From Ruditapes philippinarum (Eukaryota): a stretch of DNA of 64,000 nucleotides. Shown one piece after another: positions 28,480 to 40,022 of this stretch (position 1 is the stretch's first letter; each line of letters begins with the position of its first letter). A program made the translations under genes and the position numbers. The notes beneath the pieces are model-generated. The model did no database searches and was not told the origin of the DNA. It saw only the letters and a list, made by a program, of their open reading frames with translations. Location of the stretch: positions 1-64,000 of the forward strand of contig NW_026864970.1 of assembly GCF_026571515.1 (NCBI RefSeq), in the 5' to 3' direction.

Positions 28480-30290
28480 AGAAAGACGATTCATTCACAT
28501 TCTATTATTTAGTCTATCATTTTTTAAAACAACACATCGTTCTGTTATCTAAAATAAAAGTATTTTATTGATGTCAACCGATTTTTAGAAGAAAAAACAA
28601 CAGATCTTAAACAAGAATCGTTTAATTTGCAAATGATGAAACAGGAATAGTTTCGCCATTGCACATGGCCAAGCAATTTTTTGCATTTTTAAACCGCAGC
28701 CATTGACGTGGTGGTGGCTAAAAGGAATATAAATAAAATGCTTTGTCACCAAAATGAAACCATTTTTACCGTCACGATCTCTAATAGTGAGGTGATCGAA
28801 ATGTATTATGTTTGTCTGAAAATTATGTAAGGATGAGAAATTTAAACTGTCAACTTACTGAATAATGTCGTATTCATTGCGAATCTGTAGAAATTCTGTC
28901 ATGCAAATGTAATTAAAGTTAATTATTTAATGCCATTAAAACAAATAAATGAAACAAGTAGCAACTGTTTTGAGACAGGACAACTTTTAATGTGACAATA
29001 TAAAATTGGTAAAATTAATCAGTTTTAATTTATTGGCATCATAATCAACACGAACGGATGCGGTAACGGATAAAATGTTTTATTCTGCAACAAACAGAAA
29101 AAATAGCTAAAACATGTGCGTATTTTAAATTTGTGGTCATGGTGAACCCAGCATATTGCAGAAAATGATATGAATTTTTGTTAGGTATTTTCAGAAGTAA
29201 GAGTGAAAATATGGAATTGATAATATTATATAACTTACGCTACAATTATTACCATAAGCCAACAATATTGTATTTCCTTGTAGAAGCTTAATACATGTAT
29301 TAATTTAATAGACAGTATGTAATATTTTAAAAATAAACACACTAAGAGAAATTTGATGTATCTGTTAAAGCTTGCATGCAATACAAGTAACTTTTTTATA
29401 GTTTAGTGAAATGCATGTATCATATTGCAAAATAATAGTCATAAAATGCGTAAAATTCTTTTTAATGTTTCTATAGAAGATATAAAGCGGTCTGATGTAT
29501 GGGTGGTATGGTGATTTATTTCAGGAAGTGATTAGTGTATGAAAAGTCCCTGCAAAACGTTAACTTAAAGGTAAATCAAATAAGAGGAAAACATACGAGT
29601 AATATAGGGTCTACTTATTCTATATACCGTCAATATTTTCCTATATATACAATTTGGATTGAGCTTTGACACTATACGTCAAAATGATGCTTCTTTCGAC
29701 CTGAAGATAAGAAAGATTTACCATATGTTGTGAAACATTTGTATCAATTTATATTATAACAAATGTTTTTCACACATATTTCGAAAGTTAATCACTTCCA
29801 AAATATATGTTTTGCTAGCAGTGCTTATTTCAGTAATGAAATAATAAATTTTAAATCAAACATTAAGTCTTAAGAGTCTTCCAAAACTTTCATATTATAC
29901 AAGATTTACATATTTATGCTTACCTTTAAAATGCCTACTTCCAAAATGCAAAAAAAAGGATAGCAACAATATCTTCATTTCCCTCCGAAATAAATTCTAG
30001 AAAGAAATCTCTGACAAGGGAGTGTTTCTTATTTATTCCAGATCGATATCAGAATGGATACATAATAGAAACTGTCACGCAAGGTTTCCTGAAAGTCGTT
30101 TCCACTTTGGATGGTCTGAAAAAATTACCAAGATTTTGTCAAATCTGATATGACTTCAAGTTGTATGAATTATTCTATTAGGTTTTTCACGGACCTTGTA
30201 TGGAATCAATATACATGTACATGTAGTTTAACAACAGTTACTGTCATAATAGATTTCATAACAAACTGGAATAGAAGTAACATGACAATT
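28480..30290 (+). repeat. Older, diverged third copy of A 12850-14230 / B 24780-26045
   Basis: Only islands align: attaatcagttttaatt (29014), tataaagcggtctgat (~29481), catttccctccgaaat (~29976), cagatcgatatc...ctgtcacgcaaggtttcctg (30039-30090), aacaaactggaatag (~30260). Confidence 0.8.
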
Positions 30291-31230
30291 TGGAAAAACA
30301 TTTAATCTACAGTAGATAGACTAAATATTTAATATCTTACTTCGAAAATGAGTTGGTGAAAAATCCGCCCACTACATTTGTACATGTACAGTAGCAGAAA
30401 ATAGGAAGAGAGTGGTTAGGCCCGAGCTGCTCCACACGGATAATAGCCACAGTGCTCTGTAAGAATTACTGATCGTGAAAACTACAAATACGATTTTTAA
30501 GTCGCTCTAACCATATTATGTACTAGATTTTGTATCATTGACAATAAAAAAGATTGATAAGAAAAAATACAAATAACAAGTTTTCATTTGAGATACTCTT
30601 TGCAATTATTATACAAAAACAGCCATTTATCTAAAATCGTATTAATTATCGCATTATTTCGCACTGCTAAGAAATACATGAACTATGTATGTAATTTCAT
30701 CAATTAAATGTATAAATATCTCTTTCTGAAAAGATAAAGAAATCTATCACATTATCATGACTCTTTGACTTTTCATGAAATGAAGTGATAATTGGTTACT
30801 AAATTGGCCTTTAAAAAACTAATTATTTGCTTCTATCGTCGACTATATATAGGTATTTAATTGCAATCTGCGTGTTTTCTTCAGACAAAAAAAGTATTTT
30901 ATCAAATTCAAAATAATAAAATCCATAACAATGTAGTTTTATTGTTATAGACAATGAAATTATATTTTGATTATTTTACAGTGAAATCACAATTGGCTAA
31001 ATGTTAACGTTATACTATTTATAAACGTGGTTCTTTTTTCACAGTAACTGTAAACTGTTCTTATTTGAGTATGTCATAAAAAGAATAATATTTTAGTGTA
31101 GCTACATTACTTAAAATATAATTATAAACGAGTTAAAAAGAAATATATTACGCCCACATGATATATTCTTATTCGACTAGTTCAATAAATTAAGTTTTAA
31201 GTCTAACTTATTCAATATGCTCTATATATA

Positions 31231-31935
31231 CTACTCAACTTTTGCTTAGAACCAGAAGTTAATTTCTATATCATCACAAGTATAAAACAGATTTCTTTCC
31301 AATTTTTAAAGAATCTTATTCAGCAATGTTTTGAGAAAGTCACCTGACATGAATCCGTGTTCACTAATCCGTTACAACCCGTATGGGTAGCATGGAAAGC
31401 ATACACCCCGATATCTTCATGTTTTTGACACATGTCTTATATTATACGGCGACATTACCGGCTTATTGTCATTTAGTGGCTTACAATTCTTACATCTGTC
31501 ACTTTGATATGGCAAATGCTAACATTATGCGGCTTTTGAGAGAAGCAGAGTTATGTGGGGTGTAGGGATGGTGCAGCAGGGGGCCACCTTCCGCCAGGTT
31601 AGTGTGGCGCTTGGTGAACACTATACCGTCATCACCAGAACCTGGGAAAGATTCCGGCTACATAGTACGCCTGCCAGCAGACATGCTGGAGGTCGGCAGA
31701 GGATGACAACACCAGCTCAGTTTTGCTCGTTCAGGAACGTCATGCAAGGTTTTCAAGAACAACTTCTCTTCCAAATGACCTTACTTATGCTGTTGGTTTC
31801 CACGCAAAGACCTTGCATACGTATCCCCTTGACGCTTTGACATCGCCAGGCCGTTTGGAATGGAGCATACACGGTGGACCATGCAACACTGGAGACACGT
31901 TCATTTCAGGTTCTGCCTAGTCTTCACAGATAGAC
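31231..31935 (+). mobile_element. Tc1/mariner element remnant (left part)
   Basis: TA|ctactcaac terminus-like sequence at 31231, upstream of a decayed transposase. No right TIR found. Confidence 0.6.
31527..31935 (+). pseudogene. Frameshifted Tc1-like transposase, N-terminal HTH region
   Basis: Joining frames gives MRLLREAEL..GVGMVQQGATFRQVSVALGEHYTVITRTWERFRLHSTPASRHAGGRQRMTTPAQ / LVQERHARFSRTTSLPNDL / PL...ARLEWS..RWTMQHWRHV..RFCL. This has the paired-like HTH, a GRPR-like GGRQRMTT motif and the W..V...RF.L lead-in to the DDE domain. Several frameshifts; catalytic domain missing. Confidence 0.88.
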
Positions 31936-33169
31936 TTATACATTTTATTTTATTTTGTGGTTCAAAAAATATGTCATCAAGTTTACTAAATTGTACAGGA
32001 AATAGTAAATATATACTGAGAAATATTTCAGTTCATTAAATCACCGTTCAAAACCGGATACGCTAGACAAATACCGGAAAGAGACGGTCACCGTAAATGG
32101 CTTGGAAATTTATCGCTATGTTTGATTCTAACGTCAAAAAAAATCAAGTTCTGTTAGTTTTGTGACGTTAATACATGCCGTTAATAAAGACAGTGCATAT
32201 TGCTAGTATATTATTATTAGCTGAATTTAAGTATAAAGTATCAAATGCATATTAGTAAAATGATAAATTTCCTGTAAATGTTTAAATTTCTCAATTTCTT
32301 GTCGAGTTTTGGAAAATATCTCATAACTTACAATGCAAATGTGATAGAAAGAGAACATGTTATATGTCATGAAGTATTCCATGTGGATTACATGAAAGAT
32401 AAATCGTAATGAGAGTGTAAATGAAAATGTCAGAGTTTTGTCATTTCCTATAAGCGTGAAGATTAACCTTTCCCTACAGATGAATATTTTTCTAGGGAAT
32501 AAAACTGAAATATTGCAAAAACACCAGGAGATGATGGAACATAATATCACAGAGAAATAAAATGTTTGAAAAAAAAGGGAAAGCATGAGGAAATATTTAG
32601 CAGGTTTCTATAATTATTAAAATTAATTATGTTATAGAAACGATTCAGTTGTTTTGAATAGTGAAATGTTTTATTCTGTTCTGTACAATACAAAAATTAG
32701 TAATTAAATTTGTTTTTTTTCTTTTGTGTTTTTAATCGATTCTTTTCCACTAGTCCTTCTGTTCTTATCGTGCTATATTTTTTGACAATGTATTCATCAT
32801 AGGAAGTATGTTTGAACTTCCAACACCAGTCCAAAAACAGAGGGCATCCTTTACATTTCTTAACAAATTAATCAGTTTTAATATTAACACCAACATAGCC
32901 ATTTATGACTAATTGCAATTACCCAATTTACAATTTAGAGTACCTGCAAACAAAATACACTGACTTTAAAACTCTTACGTAGGAAAGAAAAAAAACGACT
33001 CATTTTTATTTATTTATATTTTTCTTTTGCTTTGTTTTGTTTTTGTTGAGTAACGCCGACAACCAGCTTACTGGTATACTAGTAGAGGCCCTATTCGTGA
33101 TTTGTTCAGGCACAAGTGGGCATCAACTCATCAACATGTAAAACACAGTAATAAAACGACACTGAATAA

Positions 33170-33430
33170 GAACAAATGTCTAACAGATCTCCAGATTGTA
33201 TTTGCAGCTCTACAAAAAGATAAATGACCAACACTTAATCCTTATGTCTGACTTCTGGCCTATAGGTGTAATTTTCTTAATTTTCTGGATCAGACTTCAA
33301 TGTATATATTACATGCTTGATTTCCCATGTGAATTGTTGTAATGTTCTATTCAGATTATGGGATAATTCCTAGTTTTCAATCAAACAGGGGTGACTTTTG
33401 TATGTATCAGGAATGTATGTGAAGTTTAAT
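33170..33430 (+). repeat. Dispersed paralogous non-coding block, second copy at ~59830-60080
   Basis: tttctggatcagacttcaatgtatatattacatg.ttgatttcccatgtgaattgt is shared. Offset ~26.65 kb. Confidence 0.9.
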
Positions 33431-34970
33431 CAAATTAGTAAGAAAAATCAGAAGTATAAAATAGCATATATAGTTAAATGTATGATAACGTTTTATTAAA
33501 AAACAAAATGAAAAATAATATGTTCGCTATAAACACATAGAAGTGAATTAATTACTTATGTAACCTTAACCTTATCAATTATTAATAATTTATTAATAAA
33601 AAGCATCGTTAAGTCTATACTAAGGTTAAGTTGTCAGTTATAGCCCTTTTTATTATGATCTATTGTATTTTATAAATATTAGTTAATTTTAAAAACTTCG
33701 TTCGTGGAAGCTCCAATACCTCATCAATAATATGATTGAATATACTTTCATATGCTAACTGAATGACAGTGTTCCAAATATGTTATGAATTTTAATTCCA
33801 TCCGGAGTAAAACTCATCCGGCGGCTTTTCCGTTTATTTGCACATTACAAAGCACAATTAAAGCTTTAGCGGACGACTTACGTAAATGGACTTGATTAGT
33901 TTGGTTAATTATAATATTAACGAAAATAAATTCATAATGCCTCATGCTCAACCGCCAGTATACGGGATCTAATATAACAAGTTCAAATGCAGTCTATACA
34001 AATAACTAAAAATGGCAGGGGAGTGGTCTTATTTCAAACTAACATCATAATCCGTAGGAACCAACCATTAAATGCATAATGCGAAAAAAAATTGAATTCA
34101 CAAAATTCCTAAATTTTTGTAGCCTTTAACAGTTTTCAGAAAATATTATTATGTCATATATATGAACTATCTTTGCTTTTTTTTTGGCAATATATATTGG
34201 TATAATTATAGTAAATTAGTATTTTATGGGAAGTCAAATACTACTTTGTTTACATTTTCAACCTTTGCGACACATAACTGCACATTCAGTGCTATTTCGT
34301 TCTCTGTTTAAACATCTAACATGCTCTTAATCCATTTTAAAAAAATTATAAAACATAGTTTTGACATTTCTAAAGTATTTTATATTAATTTTATGGATTT
34401 CTGAGGCATAGTGGGCTTTTAATCTTTGCTTGATTTTGTTTACATCTTTGCATGTCGAGTATAGAAAAGCATTGCATAATACTCTCTATATAAATATAAA
34501 TAACGGGGAAAATATGCAGAATGACATGGCATATTCCCAGCAGATCTCTCGAAGATAAGATTCTAATGAAAATTTAAATGAAAACGTCAAAGTCATGACA
34601 TAATATGATTTCTGAACAGCTTACGGATTACCTCGTTTCTTGCGTGGAGTATTTTACAACTGAAATAAGAATGATGAAATATTGCAATTTGCATACTTTA
34701 TGAAAACGTTGATACCAAAAGGAAAAGACGCAAATTTTAGAAACAAATACGCAAATACACGATGGATTTAATGTATTTTTTATTTAGAAAATTAATTGAA
34801 ATTTTTAGTTTCTAAGTCAAGTATATTTGAATTTATAATGTGTTCATCACAAAAGAAGTGAAAGAACTGAAAACGTTTATCATACAAGAATTTTCATTTT
34901 ACATATACATGTATAACTGGCTCGATTATAGTTTTTTTTCCTTAACACACATTGATGTGCACGTATATTA

Positions 34971-35320
34971 TTAAAGCAGCATGCCTCTTAATTTATGATA
35001 TCAATTTTTTATGAAAAGTTTGAAAATATATTTCAAAAAAAAAAAAAAAAAAATCTTGAATTATTATCAAAACAATTAAATTACACATTGCAAACGGCTC
35101 TTACAATTCACGTAAGTTACCAAAGAGAGATCCAAATAAGCAATAATTCCCTTATCTGCGTTATATGAGGTACATAAATACTGTAAAATCCAGCTATTAA
35201 TCGCAAATAACATGTAAATCTATATTATCACTTGAATCTAGAATTTTGGTAAATTTATTTTCTAACAGTCTAAAACATTGTCTTGAAATATTTTTATTCA
35301 TCTGGAGGTATGAAGCTATA
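34971..35320. mobile_element. Old non-autonomous TIR element at TTAA (Kolobok-like ends); a second left end at 37996
   Basis: Left end ttaaagcagcatgcctc (34971) matches ttaaagcagcacgcctccagatt (37996). The right end atctggaggtatgaagct (35300-35317) is the reverse complement of their consensus with 3 mismatches in 18. Confidence 0.5.
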
Positions 35321-35483
35321 TATATAACGTATGCACGAGACTTTACATCTATAACTACCTGAACATTTCGTGCGATATGAAATCTGAATAATTATCTTAA
35401 AAAGTATTTTTTTCGTAGGAAATTATTGACCTCTCCTACAAATGATGTTTATCTGTCTGGTTCTTACGACGACGTAAACAAAT

Positions 35484-35718
35484 GAGCCGTGTCACGACAA
35501 AACCAACATAATGGTTTTGCGACCAGCAAGGCTCCAGACCAGCCTGCGCATCCGCGCAGTCTGATCAGGATCCATGCTGTTCGCTATCAGTTTCTCTACT
35601 TGTTATAGGGTTTGTAAGCGAACAGCATGGATCCTGATCAGACTGCGCGGATGTACAGGCTGATATGGATCCATGCTGGTCGCAAACCCATAATGTTGGT
35701 TTTGTCGTAACGCGGCTC
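35484..35718. mobile_element. Full-length palindromic MITE, Sola2-like ends
   Basis: 235 bp, almost entirely inverted repeat. Termini GAGCCG...CGGCTC with a 4-bp TSD aaat (35480-35483 and 35719-35722). GRG/CYC termini with a 4-bp TSD are the Sola2 signature. Confidence 0.92.
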
Positions 35719-37500
35719 AAATATATTCATATCTAGGTGGTCAGTCCACTTATACGGCTTCATTTGTAACTAACCAGAACTTACAAAATGTTTGTACCAG
35801 TGACCGACAACTTATCCCATTTGTTTTCAAATAACCATTAGACGCAATGTCCAAGATTAATCATATCCGATGTACTCTCTATTGAGCTAAGCAGGTGAAC
35901 AAATTTATTGAACATATTCTTCTTAAAATGCATTTAATTTCATGTTTGTCAAGGGATATATCAAGGTGATGTAATATGCTGGATGTCATATTATATTCCC
36001 TCGGATTTTGTTTTCTGAAACTCACATAATAATTCAAAGACAAATAATTTGTACAATGGCTATTTAACGATTTTTTTTTCAAAATGCGATAATTGCTACG
36101 CTTGACATGAAACGAAATTTTAAAAAGTTAATGTTGAATATAACTGTGAAATCGATCAATATCATTGTGCTTTGTATTTAACAATGTACACTAACTCATA
36201 TTTTCACATTTTTATTTCTAAACTATATAATGTGAGAGGACCTTATTAATAAAGTTATATAATAACGTTCTCTACTTTCATTATATTATTTTTATTATTA
36301 CTATTTTCATTTGCTTATACATCCGCTAGAAATAATCATAATGTTAAATTAGGTGGAAATATGTTTAAGACACAGAAGTAATTAATTTTAATTAATTAAG
36401 AAATGAATTAGATTATAGGGCACACTACGCGTTTTGATGTTAAGTTATCATGATTCTTAAATACATGTAGGTTTAAAGTAATTAATTTGAAAACTTATTA
36501 TAATAGTTAAAATGTGACACATTGATTTTGGTTATATTGTTGAAATTGATTGTAGATTGCATTTCCTGCAACTGTTTTAGAACCTTCGATGGTGAAGTAA
36601 CGGAAACAGATTTGACTGTCTGCCTCGTGTATTATGCCAGATGTAGACTATGACAGTTGGTTTTGGTATAGTTGTTTTACTATAATATGACTTTTTTTAT
36701 AAATATAACGGCAGCAGGTGTTGCGTTCGTCTGTCTTGTTCTTTCTCGTGGTACGACTTTACAAGGTTAATCAATTTTGTATATGACCACATTACGTAAG
36801 AAAATGAATCTGATTCTAAATATAGATTGAACTTTATTTTATAGCATGCGGTCTTCTTTACAACGCTGAAATGATACACAAGATTTTCAATATTTTGTTC
36901 ATTATACCTGAAATAGTATACTATTCTGGTAAAATATCATAATGATTATAAAATAAAAACGTTTTCCAGCTTTTTCATTATCTGATAAAATTATAGTATT
37001 TTGGTGCAAATAAATGCTAAAAGTCCTACTACTCTATTCAGTTGATGTGAAAATGCGTTTAAGGGGCAAACGTTACATATTTTGATTTAAAATGGATTAC
37101 ATTTTGTGATAACATATGTTTAAGGAAGTTGTTTATTATTCTTTAAAGTTTAATACCCCCTTGTCATTGTAAAAAATGTTAAGAAGCATAGTGAAAGAAT
37201 TGTATCAAACAATGTTTTCCACGGCGTAATATAACTGTGTTTACCATTTATTCGAATGACAGTACAGTAGTGTCATAAAAAGCATATAAAAATCAAAGCA
37301 TAGAAGGCGCTGAATTTGTTTGGGTCTCAGAATGTCAGAAAGGTGAAGGTTGTGAGATTATACACCAATTTGTTTTTGTATAGTGCCACCAATGCTTTCC
37401 AGTGTTTTAACTGTAGTAAATTGACTAAAAGACTAATTGCAACACTGGTATTCAGTTCAATGTTTATTTGACTTAAACAATTTTAAAAAAAAAATGAGTT

Positions 37501-37570
37501 GCCTTAACTGAGAGTTGAACTCCAGACCTCTCGATTCCTAAGCGAGCGAGCAAACCCATCGGCCACGGTG
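37501..37570 (-). pseudogene. tRNA-Pro(AGG)-like degenerate sequence (repeat-borne, not a functional tRNA)
   Basis: Minus strand reads CACCGTGGCCGATGGGTTTGCTCGCTCGCTTAGGAATCGAGAGGTCTGGAGTTCAACTCTCAGTTAAGGC. It has A-box and B-box-like motifs, and CTCGCTTAGG...CGAGAGGTC as in metazoan tRNA-Pro. The acceptor stem does not pair. Confidence 0.6.
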
Positions 37571-38379
37571 AAGTTATAAGTTAATGGCCTGAAGAAAACC
37601 ATATAATTCTAAATTAGGGTTTGTAACACTTATTATTTCGACTCTAAACCTGTTGTTTAACACAGATGTAAATAATCATGTATATCTATAAGAATGTATA
37701 TCTATAAAGAATAAAACAATATTAGAAATCTTCGACCATTCGAGAACTATTTTGCTTGAAAATTAATGCGCCTGTCATTTGACAATCTTTCGGCGTTAGT
37801 GTACATATAAAGGGAAGTAACCGCTTCAAAACGTGGACTACTTTCGGCATTTGCAATTAACAGCATCAGGGTCTGAAATTTCGCTACCATTATTTGTTTG
37901 GTCTGACGACCCAAAAAAATAAAAACGTTTTAGTTGTAATTTGTAGATGACTTTACGCATAGTCTTGTCATTTGATAGATTTTTTATGCTATTTTTTAAA
38001 GCAGCACGCCTCCAGATTCATGCTAATTTTCATGGAACCTATGTTTCAAATTTCGTGTGTATTTTTAGTTAAAATGTTGTTTGTATTTATTCCAAACAAC
38101 AGTTTATAAAAAAGCAATGTAACCTGTCAAAAAGCCTTCAAACGACTTTATAATATAGCAAACAAGTTAATTTTAAAATAATAATAATAATAAATAATAA
38201 TAATAGTAATAATCATAATGATAACAAAGATGAAAATACTTCAGCAGTCGTGTATATAGTTTTTATAAACGTGACGATTATCCAATGAAAAGCAACGTTA
38301 CATAGTACTGTATTTTAATTAATGTTTAAATCATTATCGTTCAAAGAAACTAGATAGTTATGAAGATAGTGAATAATTA

Positions 38380-38900
38380 CACATGTTAAACAGAAAGTAT
38401 TTATTTGGACAAAGCAGAAAATGTCTCGTTAGGGTCTCAAAAAAACATTTAGTTGGACGCAGCAGAAAATGAATATTTTATTATGGATTTAAAAAGTTTA
38501 AAAAGTTTTCCAAATTTGTGAAAAAATATCTAAATTCTTCAAATCCGCTTAATGGCGAATAGTGATTAATGTTCAGCGAAAACTTTCTGTTGGAAGCAGC
38601 AGGAAATGTCTCATTAGAGCCTAATAAAAGGTCGACGAATTGTCCACAATTTGGAAAAAACCTTTTGCCTAAAGTCCTCAAATCTGCTTCATATTGAAAA
38701 ATGTCAAATGTTTAGCAGACAAAATATTTAGTTGGATGCGCAGGAAATGTCTCATTTGGGCCTTATAAAAGGGTAACGAGTTGTCCAAGATTAGGAAAAG
38801 CTGTTTTCTTTTATTTGTTAAATAACTCAAATTAATGAAGATGGTGAATAGTAACCAAATGTTTATCAGAAAATATTCAGTTATTTTACTTCAGAAAATG
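38380..38900 (+). repeat. Degenerate ~110-160-bp tandem sub-repeat array (paralogs 45570-46100, 52000-52620)
   Basis: Recurring cagaaaatatttagttggacgcagcagaaaatgtctc, gacgagttgtcca and ctaaattcttcaaatccgcttaatgg; about 4-5 decayed copies per unit. Confidence 0.75.
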
Positions 38901-40022
38901 TTAGGACTAGATAGAACTGAGTATTCATGTTCATTCATTTGACGCACCTTTCTAGAATCACGTGCTCTGAAAAACGCTTTACGTCACACACTACTACATC
39001 AGCGTGTCAATAAGAACTGAAAAACCTGGAGGTATCTATGAAAATTGTTCTCAAAAGTGGCAGTTATTTTAAGCGGATAAGCTATATGTACATAATTTCA
39101 CTACGACAGAGTATAATAGAGCTTGCCAGTGGCAAAGTTTGATACAGATATATAAGATAAGATAAGTAAGTATATGTAAAATAACAAAATGACAAGTCTC
39201 GTAAGATATTTTTACTCTTCCGAAATACACCAGTAATCAAGATGATTACATAGTCCTACAGCATAACGACTGTACATTGCAAATTTAATGATGGCTCAGT
39301 GAAATGGAATTTTTGAAATGTCAAGTTTCCCATGGGTGACGATGTTCTGGAATTTAAAAGCTAATTCGAGCAAGTGTGGAAATGCCAGAGTGGTTTATTT
39401 CATAGACTAGAATAAAATGTGTCATTATATCTAAGCAACTGTACAGTTACACAAATGTAGGCGGAACAAGTAAAAAGGGAGAGAATTAGTAACCTGAGTT
39501 GAACCATCGATATTTTGTACGCCTTATCAAATGAAATGATCACTTTCTTTGAGGAGTCTAAACAAAAGCAATGAATCGTGGACGAATAGAACAAGCCATA
39601 TCGAATTACGAAAGACATTAACACTTGTGTTTGGTATATTCATCTCTAATATCAAGAACAAATGTACAATAATAATTACTCTTAATTCTTTATTTTGCAA
39701 ACATAACCCAAAATGATAAATATTCTTGGAAAGTTCTTTCGCAAATAAATAGTCATTATACAAAAGCAAGCAATTAAAGGGGAATATTTTAAGTAGTTTA
39801 TTTTAGAACGAAAATTGTAATGGTAAAGAGTTATTCATCAGGCTTTATAAAGGCATTTGCTTTATGGCCTGAAGAGAAATAATGCGGAATACATTACTGT
39901 AGAAGTGTGGCTATATTATTGTACATACTTGTTTTGCAATGCCTAACAAATAAACATAATCAGAGTTCTGAATTTAAACAAATGACAGGCGAGTGGCAAA
40001 CTAACTTTCTGACATTTGTAAT

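Noticed and set aside
37501-37570. Functional tRNA gene
   Set aside because: The acceptor stem does not pair and the other arms have mismatches.
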